Notes under the pieces: generated by a model
Database searches by the model: none
What the model was told of the DNA's origin: nothing
Seen by the model: only the letters and a program-made list of their open reading frames with translations
IMG/VR virus record: IMGVR_UViG_3300037117_000082
Coordinates: 1-64,000 of that record
DNA from: a virus
Taxonomy: Duplodnaviria; Caudoviricetes
Direction: 5' to 3' (one strand)
Length of the DNA stretch: 64,000 nt
Made by a program: the position numbers and the translations under genes
Shown: piece after piece, positions 19,345 through 28,997 of the stretch
Position numbering within the stretch: position 1 is the first letter of the stretch
Layout: every line of letters begins with the position of its first letter

Positions 19345-19929
19345 TCACGCCTGCTTCCCGCCATGCGCCTCGGCGAGCATGACCCCGATAATGCGGTCCA
19401 CCGATTCCACCGGGATACCCGCCTCTACCGACTCGTGCCAGAACTGCGATAGAGCCGTGGCGCGGAGGTCACCGGCAGTAAAGGGATCAGCGGGGAGGGA
19501 AGCAGGAGCGGAGAACTGGCCGTCCATCGGGCCGGGCTTCCATGCCGGGTCATGCAGCCAGCCGGGACCAGAAGGCGTGTCAGGGATGATCTCCTGCTTC
19601 AGCCCTTCATCAACAGGTGCCGCGTTGGCGTGGGCTTCAGCCCATAGCGACTCGTCATCGCAGAGCACCCGCGAGTCGTGGACCGTATCGCAGCGGGGGC
19701 ACGGCGAGTAGTGCCGGGCGTCCTCGTCGCTGGCAGGGAGCGGGATCGTCGGTCGCCGTGCGCCCTTCAGCGCTGCCAGAAGCGCTTTCCCGTCCGTTCC
19801 CGGCGGGGTGAGGGCGCTGAAGACATCACCGAGGGACATTGAGGGCGGCAGGGGGCTGTCCATGACGGGCTCGCCTGCGTTCCCGGTGCGGCGCGCGGGA
19901 ATCGGGATCTCGTCAGCGGCCATCAGCAC
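19345..19929 (-). CDS. hypothetical protein
   Basis: Operon orientation, overlaps upstream stop. Confidence 0.5.
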   Translation of the reverse strand: MLMAADEIPIPARRTGNAGEPVMDSPLPPSMSLGDVFSALTPPGTDGKALLAALKGARRPTIPLPASDEDARHYSPCPRCDTVHDSRVLCDDESLWAEAHANAAPVDEGLKQEIIPDTPSGPGWLHDPAWKPGPMDGQFSAPASLPADPFTAGDLRATALSQFWHESVEAGIPVESVDRIIGVMLAEAHGGKQA

Positions 19930-20207
19930 TCACGCTCCCTGCCGGCCGCGGTCTTGTACAGGACCGTCCGCTTGCATGCGCCGCAGCTGACGCCGCTGGC
20001 CTGATCGGTGATCCACGCGGCAGCGAGCCACTTGCCGCATGCGGTCGGCGGCAGCGCAGTGGTTCCGTAGCGCAGGTGGATGACCGGCTCGCGCTCAACC
20101 TTGGCTGGCTCGGCAGCGACAAGGCCGGCATGGGTGAGCGACGCGAGTGCGTCATCGATCGCAGGGTCGTCCGGGCCATCGCCGGCGCGGCGGAACGGGT
20201 TTCTCAT
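19923..20207 (-). CDS. hypothetical Zn-binding protein
   Basis: H...TACG...VSCGAC; ATGA overlap. Confidence 0.55.
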   Translation of the reverse strand: MRNPFRRAGDGPDDPAIDDALASLTHAGLVAAEPAKVEREPVIHLRYGTTALPPTACGKWLAAAWITDQASGVSCGACKRTVLYKTAAGREREC

Positions 20208-20468
20208 GCATCCTCGCCTCCTGCCGCAATGTCGCGGGCCAGGACTGCCCGCTGCGCCGTTCTCGCCAGCTTGTGCGCCATCGCCTTGGCTGACTTCCCG
20301 TCTGGTGCCCCGAGGGTAGCGGCGATCTGCGCCCAGGAGGCTCCCCGGCTCTTGGCCTCGGCGATCATCCTCAGTTGCAGGAGAGCATGGGTGAGGGCAT
20401 CAGCGGGGGGAGGGGCGGGAGTGCGGTCTTCAGCCGGAAGCTCGTCAGCGATCATGAGCCTGCCGCGC

Positions 20469-20906
20469 TCACCCCGCATCGCTGCCCGCTTCCCCGGCCG
20501 GCGCCTCTTTCGCTTCCTCCACCAGCACCGTCCGTGACATGTCATAAGCCCCGTCCGGCCAGAACGACCCCGCCTTGATGTTCCCGTCGCCGTCAAGCTC
20601 GAACGTGGCGAGGCGGGGGCAGGAAAGCTCGGCTGCACGGTGATCCTGATGCCCGCATTGCGCGCAGGGCTTCACTTCCGCGCCGGGATGAACTCCGGCG
20701 CACAGGCGGCAGGCGGCACCGGAGGCGATGACGTCACCGAGGGCGGCGCGGTCAGCGTCGGTCAGCGCCGGGCGCTCGGGCTTCGGCATCAGCGCAGCGG
20801 GCAGCAAGGGCGCCTGCGGGGTGATGCGTCGCCGGGCTGCGTCGATGATCCCCGCGGCGATTGCCTGGGGTCCTGATACGGGAGCGCCGGGATAAGGGTC
20901 AGTCAC
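20469..20906 (-). CDS. hypothetical Zn-binding protein
   Basis: CRLCAGVH...CPR...WP; GTGA overlap. Confidence 0.6.
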   Translation of the reverse strand: MTDPYPGAPVSGPQAIAAGIIDAARRRITPQAPLLPAALMPKPERPALTDADRAALGDVIASGAACRLCAGVHPGAEVKPCAQCGHQDHRAAELSCPRLATFELDGDGNIKAGSFWPDGAYDMSRTVLVEEAKEAPAGEAGSDAG

Positions 20907-21664
20907 GGCAGGAAGCCCTTCAGTTCCCGCAGCACGTCCTCGCCGAGGGTGAACCTGTGATCACTGCCGCACTCGCAGTACGAGCAGTGAGGGAGGCTGT
21001 CGCAGGGGACGCTGAGCTGCACCGTGACGCGCGCCTCGCAGCAGCCTGCCTTGCAGGCCCCGTAGTCCGTGCGGACGATCAGGGGGGCGTCCTCGCCGGC
21101 CCCCAGGGGCAGCTCGCGGACATCATAGGAGGCGTCCCGGCAGAGGATGCGTGGGACCAGTATCTTCGCCGGGGGCGTGAGGTCAAACGGCTGGAGCGTG
21201 GCACGCTGCAGGTTCAGCGGGCGGATTCCGGACAGGTGATCCTCCAGTTCCCCCACCGTGGTCTCCCCGATAACGCTGCCGTCTGGCAGCGGCGTCCAGG
21301 TGCCGGCAGCGGCGCGCTGCGGGGTGTGCACCGGGATATCCGGGTGCCGGTGCACGAGGTCCAGCGGGCCGGGAACCAGAACCGTCCCGCCCGCCATGCA
21401 GGCGCCCGCGTCACGGCCATCGTGCCCGTCCAGGCGGTCGCAGCCGGGCAGGCAGTGCGGGCGCAGCGGCCATCTGGCGTGCAGGTAGTAGCCGCCGGGG
21501 AACCCGGACTCAGACGGCAGTACCGGCCCTCCGCCCATCTCGGGGTGGTAGCGGGACTCACTCATCGGGCTGTTCCGGCACGGCCCATCTTGACGAGCGC
21601 AGCCCCTTGAGCCGCAGCGCGGGCACTCCGCTACCTCGCCGTCAGGCCCGGCAATCCGCACCAC
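20903..21664 (-). CDS. hypothetical Cys-rich protein
   Basis: Abuts neighbours in the leftward operon. Confidence 0.5.
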   Translation of the reverse strand: MVRIAGPDGEVAECPRCGSRGCARQDGPCRNSPMSESRYHPEMGGGPVLPSESGFPGGYYLHARWPLRPHCLPGCDRLDGHDGRDAGACMAGGTVLVPGPLDLVHRHPDIPVHTPQRAAAGTWTPLPDGSVIGETTVGELEDHLSGIRPLNLQRATLQPFDLTPPAKILVPRILCRDASYDVRELPLGAGEDAPLIVRTDYGACKAGCCEARVTVQLSVPCDSLPHCSYCECGSDHRFTLGEDVLRELKGFLP

Positions 21665-22093
21665 TACTGCACCAGCCCGGCCGCGAAAGCCGCGAGGTTC
21701 AGCCCTGCCGTCGCGGCCAGCAGGGGGCGCCGCGGCCCGTCAGCGGCCAGCGGGACATGCGCCGGGCACACGTAGCAGGGTCCCGCGTTCGGGATCGTGG
21801 CCATCGTCACCGCTTCCTGTACCTGCGGCATGGAGGCGACAAGAGCCTCGCCGAGGTAGGCGCGCGGGTCCGGGGGCGGGCCGCCGTTTGCCACCGCCGC
21901 CATCATCGCGGCCTGGGCGGCTTCCAGGACGGCCCGGTTGGATTCCTCCCATGCCCGGCGCAGGCCCACGCAGAGGGCGCACTGCCAGCGCTGCACCGGC
22001 TGGGGGGGGCATCATGGAGCGGGCCTGCATGGCCCTGGCGAAGGCTTCGGGATCGGTGGCCTGCGGGATCTGGCCGTCCTGGTCCAGGGTCAT
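21664..22093 (-). pseudogene. gene frameshifted at a C8 tract
   Basis: MTLDQDG...SMMPP joins QPVQRWQCALC... if the C8 run at 22002-22009 is read as C7. Confidence 0.6.
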
Positions 22094-22587
22094 GACGCGG
22101 GCTCCGCGATGCCCAGTCCCTCAGCGGGCAGCACCATCGCCCTGAAGCCGAGGTCCCAGTGCGTGATCCCACTGTCAACGGCCTGCTGGTACTCACGGCA
22201 CTGACTCGGGGTCATGTTCTCGCTCACCCGGATGATCAGCGTCTCGCCCGGCTTCACTACCGTTACGCATTCCCGCAGGAGGGAGCGGATCTCGTCGCGG
22301 TCAAGGCCGGGCCGGAGCCAGACCGGGTGCGCGAACGGGGGCGCGTCCGCCATTGCCGCCTTGAACCTCTCCGCGAACTCTGCGGCCTGCCCGTCCGTCA
22401 TGGGGATGCTAGGCGAGATGCCCATCTCCCGCGCGACCGCCTCAGCGATGCTCAGGCCGCCTCCGCGCACCGGGTGATGCGGGTAGGTGACCATCCGCTC
22501 CACGTCATCGAAGGTCAGGCCGCACGCGCACGGCGACCTGTCCTCTGCCAGCAGGTTCGGGTCGGTGCCACAGCAGGTGCGGATCAT
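22090..22587 (-). CDS. hypothetical protein
   Basis: ATGA overlaps at both ends. Confidence 0.6.
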   Translation of the reverse strand: MIRTCCGTDPNLLAEDRSPCACGLTFDDVERMVTYPHHPVRGGGLSIAEAVAREMGISPSIPMTDGQAAEFAERFKAAMADAPPFAHPVWLRPGLDRDEIRSLLRECVTVVKPGETLIIRVSENMTPSQCREYQQAVDSGITHWDLGFRAMVLPAEGLGIAEPAS

Positions 22588-22856
22588 GATCCCTCACCGC
22601 CGGGCTCCTGCGGCCAGCAGGCCCGGACCACGCTGGCGAGCCGCTGCCCGAGGTCCGCCGGGATCAGGGCCGGCGGGTACTCGGCAGTCACGCAGATGCG
22701 CACGGGGCGGACGCTGTGATCCGGCATCTGGATGGTGATGATCTCGTCGCAGAGCGGCGGCCATGCGGCGACCGCCCCCCTGGCGCGCTCCCTGACCAGC
22801 CGCTCAGCTTCCGCATCCGGGTCTATGCGTCGTACTCCCGGCGGCAGGCCGGTCAT
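22584..22856 (-). CDS. hypothetical protein
   Basis: ATGA overlaps. Confidence 0.5.
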   Translation of the reverse strand: MTGLPPGVRRIDPDAEAERLVRERARGAVAAWPPLCDEIITIQMPDHSVRPVRICVTAEYPPALIPADLGQRLASVVRACWPQEPGGEGS

Positions 22857-23068
22857 GCGGGATCGGCCGCGCGCAGGATGTAGGCGACGTGCTCCGCCGG
22901 GACCTCCATCACCAGTCCGGCGGCGTCGCTGAACATGTAGGCGCTGCCGTCCGGGGTGCGGCGGGGCGGCTTCGAGGTGACCTCGATGCCGGGAAGGTCC
23001 GGGGCGTTCAGGTGGACATGCCAGACGGACAGCGCGGTCTCAGTGGCGGCGCCTTCGGGGACAGTCAC
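22853..23068 (-). CDS. hypothetical protein
   Basis: Small beta protein in the operon. Confidence 0.5.
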   Translation of the reverse strand: MTVPEGAATETALSVWHVHLNAPDLPGIEVTSKPPRRTPDGSAYMFSDAAGLVMEVPAEHVAYILRAADPA

Positions 23069-23117
23069 TTCTCATGCACTCCTTCGCGGGTTTGCCGGCC
23101 CCCGCGAAGGAGGCCGG

Positions 23118-23495
23118 TCAGGCTTGGTTCTCGCGCGGCTGGTAGCGGCGCGTCGGCTGCCGGCCTACGCGGCGCAGCCGCACCGGGCCGGTCCTCGGCT
23201 GCGGCAGCAGCCCGGCCGGGATGCTCTCGGGCAGGCCGGGCCACACGATCATGCCGTGCTCGTTCATGGATGCGCGCAGGGCGCGCTCGACGTCGATCAT
23301 CACGGCCTTGAGGGGATCAAGGCAGACGCCGGGATCGGCACCTGCCGCCTCGGCCTCGCAGACGTCCAGGCCCTTCTCGATCAGGGCCGACAGGGAGCGG
23401 CCCGACGCCTCGTAGCGGGCGCGGGTCGCGGCAGTCAGCCGGACGGATGTTTTCCACCAGGCGGCCGGCGGTGCGGCTCTCATGGGCTCAGTCAT
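23118..23495 (-). CDS. ribbon-helix-helix-like DNA-binding protein
   Basis: KTSVRL...SLSALIEKGL; TATGAT -10 just upstream of ATG 23495 suggests a leaderless transcript. Confidence 0.55.
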   Translation of the reverse strand: MTEPMRAAPPAAWWKTSVRLTAATRARYEASGRSLSALIEKGLDVCEAEAAGADPGVCLDPLKAVMIDVERALRASMNEHGMIVWPGLPESIPAGLLPQPRTGPVRLRRVGRQPTRRYQPRENQA

Positions 23496-23535
23496 GCGGC
23501 CATCATATACGGTATGCAGCAAGGAGTACAGTAAC

Positions 23536-25170
23536 TCAGGCAGCGATTTCCCCGCAGTCCGGGCACTTGCCGAGCCGCGCCATGTACGCCTTGCCGCAGT
23601 CACACCGAGTTACCCCGTAAGCGTCCAGCCATGTCGTACCATCCGATACGAGGGCAAATACCACAGCGTCGCCGTCGTCGGTGGACCGGCCGATCCGCTT
23701 GCGGATCTCCTTCTTGGACTCGACCTTGATCCGCGCGCCGGACTCCACCTTGGACTTGGGGGCGCACAGGTCACCGATCAGGAGATCATCATCGGGCAGG
23801 CACAGGTCCGGGTCGTTACGGGGGTCAAGCGCCTCGCGCAGCTTCCACCAGGCATAACTCCGGAAATCCGAGAAACGGTACTCGCCCGAGACATCCCTGC
23901 GCTGGCCTGCGCTCTTGGCTGCGGTGAACGGCTCGGCTTTCGCTTTCTGCTCGCGGAGCCGGTCGTACACGCCCTTGCCGATGCCGTCCGAGTCCACCAC
24001 GGCGGTGCACTCCGGATCGGCATCGAGGATGCCCTTGATCCGCCCCGTCGTCTGCATGGTGTCCTGCTTGCCGAACTTCCGCAGTTCCGTGACCACGGGA
24101 CCCCTGCGGATCGCCAGCACCGTCATGTCCGATCCCTCGCCGGCGATGTCCGCGCCGAGGGAATGCGGGCCGGGCAGATCAGGCTTGCCGGCGTCCTCCC
24201 AGGCGTGCCAGCGCTGGACCGCTGCCTCAACCCACGCCAGCGGGATCACGGCATCGTCGTCGGCCGCGTGGAACTCGCCGAGGACGTGGCACTGGACGAA
24301 CTGGGATGTCAGGCCGTACTGCTTGATGCGCTGGTCAGCCCACTTGCGGCTGATCTGCCCTGCCGCTACCGCCTCGTCCAGGGTGACGTGGCGGGCGGTC
24401 CAGTCCTCCAGGCCCTCACGGCGGGAGTGGATGTCGTAGAACCGGCCCTGCGGGTCACCCGGCGTCGACAAAGCGAGCGCGAGGGCCTCGCCGCCGCCGG
24501 ACAGGGCGCCCTCGATCGCATCCCATGTCGTCGCCGGGATGAGCTTCGCCTCATCGAACATGATCAGGATCGCGCTCGCGTGCGCGCCCTCGATCTTCGC
24601 CGAGTCAGTCGGCGCGGCGGCCAGCGCGAGGCCGTGGGGCAGGCGGAGGGCCTGGCGCATCAGCTCATCGGATTTCGGCGGCCTGCCATCACGGACGATG
24701 TCCCAGCGGATCAGGCCGGCCCACTTGTGGACCTCGGGCCAGAAGTAGTTCTTCAGCTGCTGCCACGCCCCGGCGGTGGTGACGATCTTCCAGTCGATGC
24801 CGGCGGCCTCGCGGGTCAGGGCGAACCAGAGGACCGTTATGGACCCGATGCAGCTTTTGCCCAAGCCCCTCGGGCCCCGGACGGCAACGCGCTGCTTCTC
24901 GTCCAGCAGGGTCAGGATCTCGGCCTGGTAGTCCGCCAGGCCCTTGGCGCCTTCCCCGGCTCCCTCGTCCTTGGAGCGGGGAACGGCGCCCCAGTCGATG
25001 CAATTTTCCGCGAACCCCGCTGGATCATGGAGGTACTTGACAACCGACTCGCGGGAGGTTTCCTGACGCCGCGCCAGTGCCTTCGCGTTGAGGGCCAGGA
25101 GGCGGCGGATCTCCGCGTCGATGTCCAGGGGCTCGGGCGGCTCAGCCGGCCGGGTCCTCGCCATCGCCAT
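23536..25170 (-). CDS. terL: terminase large subunit
   Basis: Walker A GPRGLGKS, Walker B LIMFDE, coupling motif LSTP, nuclease GADIAGEGSD, STDDGDA. Confidence 0.92.
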   Translation of the reverse strand: MAMARTRPAEPPEPLDIDAEIRRLLALNAKALARRQETSRESVVKYLHDPAGFAENCIDWGAVPRSKDEGAGEGAKGLADYQAEILTLLDEKQRVAVRGPRGLGKSCIGSITVLWFALTREAAGIDWKIVTTAGAWQQLKNYFWPEVHKWAGLIRWDIVRDGRPPKSDELMRQALRLPHGLALAAAPTDSAKIEGAHASAILIMFDEAKLIPATTWDAIEGALSGGGEALALALSTPGDPQGRFYDIHSRREGLEDWTARHVTLDEAVAAGQISRKWADQRIKQYGLTSQFVQCHVLGEFHAADDDAVIPLAWVEAAVQRWHAWEDAGKPDLPGPHSLGADIAGEGSDMTVLAIRRGPVVTELRKFGKQDTMQTTGRIKGILDADPECTAVVDSDGIGKGVYDRLREQKAKAEPFTAAKSAGQRRDVSGEYRFSDFRSYAWWKLREALDPRNDPDLCLPDDDLLIGDLCAPKSKVESGARIKVESKKEIRKRIGRSTDDGDAVVFALVSDGTTWLDAYGVTRCDCGKAYMARLGKCPDCGEIAA

Positions 25171-25696
25171 CCCTGCCGTTCAGGTAGATCTCCTCAGCCG
25201 GGATGCCCAGGTCAGCGGACATCTGCTGGAGTTCCTGGAGGCTGATCGCCGCCCTTGCCGACACCGACCTCGTGGGCGCGTCGAGGCCCATCAGCTTGCG
25301 CAGCGACTCCGACGCCTTCAGGATCGTCTGGTGGTGCCGGTCGATGACCGCCTGGTCCGGGACCGCGTACTCGCTGCCGTCCTCGCCGATGAGCGTCACC
25401 GGGTGACCCGTCTTGTCCACGAGGGGCTGCGGCTCGGAGATCAGGTCCCACGCGCCGCGGATCACCAGCATGGTCCGGTTGTACTCCATCGCCCGCAGCT
25501 CGTCCGCGGGCTGCTGCATGGTCTCCAGGAGCGCCCGGCGGATGTCCGCCTCGGCGGCGGCCTTCCCCGAGTAGCCCAGCTCGCCGGCGATTTCCTGCAT
25601 GGAGTGGCCGCGTGCCCGCAGCGTCATCGCCTCGGCGGCCCGCTTCGCGCGCTCCAGCGCCTTCTCGTCCAGCCTCCGCGCCGCCAGTTCCCCCAT
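25142..25696 (-). CDS. terminase small subunit-like HTH protein
   Basis: LRARGHSMQEIAGELGYS HTH; KLMGLDAP; overlaps terL start. Confidence 0.75.
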   Translation of the reverse strand: MGELAARRLDEKALERAKRAAEAMTLRARGHSMQEIAGELGYSGKAAAEADIRRALLETMQQPADELRAMEYNRTMLVIRGAWDLISEPQPLVDKTGHPVTLIGEDGSEYAVPDQAVIDRHHQTILKASESLRKLMGLDAPTRSVSARAAISLQELQQMSADLGIPAEEIYLNGRDGDGEDPAG

Positions 25697-25742
25697 CGCC
25701 CGCTCACCCCCCGTATCCGTGGTGAGCAGTTACGATGCGTGC

Positions 25743-25979
25743 ATGAGCGGAAACCGGATCGGCTTCGTGGTCCTGACGCGCGTTACGGAGTCAGACGGCA
25801 CGCCGGGCGCGTTCGTCACCTACCAGGAGGTCACCGGCCCCCGCGCCGTCGCCGAGAATGAGCGCGACCGGCAGCGGGCGCACTACGAGGTAGACGTGCG
25901 CTTCGGGGATGACAGGCCGGACCGCTACGCCTACGAGGTAGCCGAACTGGTCACCTGCGACCCGGCAGAGGCGTGCTGA
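25743..25979 (+). CDS. hypothetical protein
   Basis: ATG 25743 lies 6 nt after TACGAT (leaderless-type promoter). Confidence 0.5.
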   Translation: MSGNRIGFVVLTRVTESDGTPGAFVTYQEVTGPRAVAENERDRQRAHYEVDVRFGDDRPDRYAYEVAELVTCDPAEAC

Positions 25980-25982
25980 GCC

Positions 25983-26372
25983 TTGAGCGAGCTGGCATGC
26001 CGCTGGGACCTGGACTGGCGGCATGCACCGCGAGGGCTGCCCGAGGGCCCGGTTGAGATGTGGCTCGCGGTCGCCAGCGATGAAGGCACCGTGATGGGCG
26101 CCGGGCCCATGACGCAAGCCCCGGCGTGGTGCTGGAAGGACGGCAGGCCTGCCATCGGCTACGGCCCTGTCCGCATCCGCATCCAGCGGCGGGGACGTTA
26201 CGCGCGGGGCCTGATCGTCGCGGTATCGCGGGAATCCGGGGCATGGGCGCCCGTCTGCCCGATCGACCTGTCCGGCGGGAAACACCGGGAACTCCGGGCC
26301 GGGGATGAAATGACAATGGCCGATGGCGTGCTCGCCCTCTACCCGGAGTTGCCGGCCGCCGTGAGACCATGA
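25983..26372 (+). CDS. hypothetical protein
   Basis: Follows the previous gene; start uncertain. Confidence 0.4.
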   Translation: MSELACRWDLDWRHAPRGLPEGPVEMWLAVASDEGTVMGAGPMTQAPAWCWKDGRPAIGYGPVRIRIQRRGRYARGLIVAVSRESGAWAPVCPIDLSGGKHRELRAGDEMTMADGVLALYPELPAAVRP

Positions 26373-26393
26373 CCCCGATGGGGCGGCAGTTCA

Positions 26394-26450
26394 GGAGCGG
26401 GGTCGCTACCCGCCACGGTCTTGCGGGTTCGAATCCCGTCCGCTCCGCTA
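26394..26450 (+). ncRNA. truncated tRNA-like element (acceptor + T arm, no canonical D or anticodon arm)
   Basis: GGAGCGG...GCGGG-TTCGAAT-CCCGT-CCGCTCC-G-CTA with only 22 nt between acceptor and T arm. Confidence 0.55.
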
Positions 26451-26834
26451 GCCGGCGTGAGTCCCGCAGGCTCCGCAGTAGCCCTTGATCACTCGCGCCT
26501 TCGGGTGGGGGCACGACTCGTCCCGCCGCGCTGGCGACTGCTCAGCCGCACGTCGCGTCTCTGCCCGCACCAGCGCCTTGCGTGAGGGCGCCGGAACTGG
26601 GGGCAGCGGAGGCACATCACCAGCCGGCCGGAGCCTGCCAGTCCTCACGGGCGACGCGCGCTTGCCGGTCACCGGAACGGCGCCGGCGGTTACCAGCGCC
26701 TCGCGGAGAGCCGCCTCCAGGAACGCCGACCGGGACACGTCCCCGCGAACCTCGTCAAGCTGAGCCGCCAGCGACTCGCTCACCTTGGCACCCACCGTGA
26801 CCCTGCGGCCCTCATCCAGGCGCTTCCGCCCCAT
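26448..26834 (-). CDS. CopG/RHH DNA-binding protein
   Basis: MGRKRL...VTVGAKVSESLAAQLDEVRGDVSRSAFLEAALRE. Confidence 0.7.
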   Translation of the reverse strand: MGRKRLDEGRRVTVGAKVSESLAAQLDEVRGDVSRSAFLEAALREALVTAGAVPVTGKRASPVRTGRLRPAGDVPPLPPVPAPSRKALVRAETRRAAEQSPARRDESCPHPKARVIKGYCGACGTHAG

Positions 26835-26836
26835 GG

Positions 26837-26886
26837 ATAGAAGTTTACCGGAATCAGGGGCACGGGCGCATAGAGGTTTACCGGAA
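26837..26886. repeat. 17-bp direct repeat ATAGARGTTTACCGGAA (candidate operator)
   Basis: Copies at 26837-53 and 26870-86; partial third copy at 28535-48. Confidence 0.7.
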
Positions 26887-27256
26887 CGGGCCTGGACGCA
26901 CGAGGCGAACCGCCGCAAGAAATTCCGGGAGTTCCGGAGTCCCGGCGCGCAGGGAAAAAACGGCGCGCTGAAAATCTAGATGTACCCTTGGGTGCCCAAG
27001 ACCGACTAAAGGGACAAGACGGGGGTCTTCGGTACATACCTGACATACAGGTATGCGTGACCACCCTGACCATGTTCCCGCCCGGGGCGGCCTGCCTCAG
27101 AGCTCTCTCATTGGTGCGCCGGCCCAGGTCCGCGCCACGCTCTCAGGCACCGCGCATAGTGCACCACTTTACGCGGCATGGTGGTGGGCGCAGGGTCGTG
27201 ACCTGCGGCTACGTGGCAGGCTACCAAGATCACTACGGAAACTTTACGCGGCAGGG

Positions 27257-27285
27257 TTGACACCGGGCTAGGGTGCTGCCATCAT
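27257..27285 (+). promoter_or_regulatory. sigma70-type promoter for the rightward array
   Basis: TTGACA-17 nt-CATCAT followed by an AT-rich segment. Confidence 0.5.
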
Positions 27286-27371
27286 TACGGTATCGGTTTA
27301 GATATATTCTAGAACGGCATTCGGTTCCCCGGGCATCCCGGGTGGCTGCCGATCAAAGCCAGGAGGTTTCA

Positions 27372-27818
27372 GTGCAGATGATGACACCCGGCGACGCTAA
27401 CGCTCTCGGCTGGTCATATGACGAGGCCATGGCGGCACGGGATGCGGTGCAGGACGAGCGGACCGCTGCGCTTGACGCACTGGCAGCGGAGAACGGGGTC
27501 GAGCGAGGGGACGGGCCGGCGCTGTGCGAGTGCTCTGGCCGTGACGAGTTCACGCGGCCGGAGTCGGGTTACTGCCCGAGCTGCGAGGGATGGGTTCCCG
27601 AAGGCGCCGGCCTGAGCACGGCCCGTGAGCCGGACGGCGGAGTGCGAGCGTGCGAGCGGAACCTGTACGGGTTCTGCCGTACCTGCGGCACCGACATGAG
27701 GGAGTGCGTCGCCTGCGGGATCACCGGCGGCGAGCTGGTCCGCGGCCTGACCGGCGTGCTGTGCGCCGATGCGGCCACGTGCGAGGACCGGTTCCTCTCG
27801 GCGGCAGGTGCGCTGTGA
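27372..27818 (+). CDS. hypothetical Cys-rich protein
   Basis: GTG 27372 with AGGAGG; several CxxC. Confidence 0.65.
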   Translation: MQMMTPGDANALGWSYDEAMAARDAVQDERTAALDALAAENGVERGDGPALCECSGRDEFTRPESGYCPSCEGWVPEGAGLSTAREPDGGVRACERNLYGFCRTCGTDMRECVACGITGGELVRGLTGVLCADAATCEDRFLSAAGAL

Positions 27819-28044
27819 GGTACCTGCTCGGGTTCGCCGTCGCCCACGTGGACCTGTTCCGCCCGTGCGGACGGCACCTGTGCGAGGTGGTGAGGCTGCG
27901 GGACGGGGTTACCTCGGTCATGCGGGCAGTGATGCTGCGGCATATGGCGAGCTAGGGAAGATCCGCCCGGCTGGCAGGCCGTCACGTTCGAGCCGTGACA
28001 CGGGCACTCGGGAAGATCAATCACTAGCCAGGGGAGCAACGATC

Positions 28045-28215
28045 ATGAAGACCAAGGACCCGCGCGTGCAGGTGACCAGCTTCGGCCGCGAGAACTGGCG
28101 GACCGTGGTCAAGGACGATTGCGGCGACTGGGCAATCACGGGCCCGCCGTACCCGACTAAGACCGAAGCGCTGGTGAACGTTGACCAGGTGGTCCGGGAC
28201 TACTTCGGCGAGTAG
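28045..28215 (+). CDS. hypothetical protein (MKTKDPRVQV...)
   Basis: ATG after the conserved RBS motif. Confidence 0.7.
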   Translation: MKTKDPRVQVTSFGRENWRTVVKDDCGDWAITGPPYPTKTEALVNVDQVVRDYFGE

Positions 28216-28311
28216 CAGGCAGCCTGCCGTGCCGGAAGTCGCGGCGCACGGTTCACAGCCGGCGGCAGGCACGGAAAGATCAAGAAAAACTCACCCGAGA
28301 GGACAGAGCAA

Positions 28312-28470
28312 ATGGGCGCGCTAGCAGAACCGATGTACGCGGTCACCTGGCCGAACGGAGGCGACTACCACAACGGCGAGCTGTTTACCCGCGAGCAGGC
28401 ACTAGCCATCGCGGAGAGCATGGGCAAGACGGCCGACGGGCGGACAGCGAAGATCCGCAAGGTCGTATAG
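28312..28470 (+). CDS. hypothetical 52-aa protein (MGALAEPMYAVTWP...)
   Basis: GAGAGGA RBS; manual translation; not in the ORF track. Confidence 0.65.
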   Translation: MGALAEPMYAVTWPNGGDYHNGELFTREQALAIAESMGKTADGRTAKIRKVV

Positions 28471-28547
28471 CGCTCAGCCTGCCGTTGCGCTCGCAGATCG
28501 GGCGGCAGGCACTCGATGCAGGAACCTAGCCAGGGAGGTTTACCGGA

Positions 28548-28871
28548 ATGTACGACGTAGAGATGACCGATCCGCGGGTGTCGCATGCCGTGCACGCGGA
28601 GAACGGCGCGAGCCGTGACCAGGAGGACCGGATCATGGCGGTTGCGGCCAGGGCCGATCGCGCGGCGCGCGTCCTGCTCACGCAGGCGGAGGTTATCCAG
28701 CTCAGCGGGCGCATGATCAACGCCACGGCGGACTGCTCGCGGATCGCCGCCGGACTCAGCGGCAGGCGGAGCGAGCAGCCGCTGTATGCAGTGATCGCAG
28801 ACGAACTGCGGGCGATCCGCGATGCGCTCACGCTCTGCCCGGTCAGCGGGCCCGTGCCTATCCCGTTCTGA
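28548..28871 (+). CDS. hypothetical protein
   Basis: ATG after the conserved motif. Confidence 0.65.
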   Translation: MYDVEMTDPRVSHAVHAENGASRDQEDRIMAVAARADRAARVLLTQAEVIQLSGRMINATADCSRIAAGLSGRRSEQPLYAVIADELRAIRDALTLCPVSGPVPIPF

Positions 28872-28997
28872 CGCGCTGTAGGGCGCACGCCTCACGGGAC
28901 GTCCAGGCTGAGAACAGCTTGTGTCGCGTCGTGATCCGCAAGGCGTGCGCCCGGCAGCCTGCCAGAGCAGGAAGACTCCAGCCAGGGAGAGTCACCA

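Noticed and set aside
23482-25245. 587-aa + strand ORF
   Set aside because: Shadow of terL.
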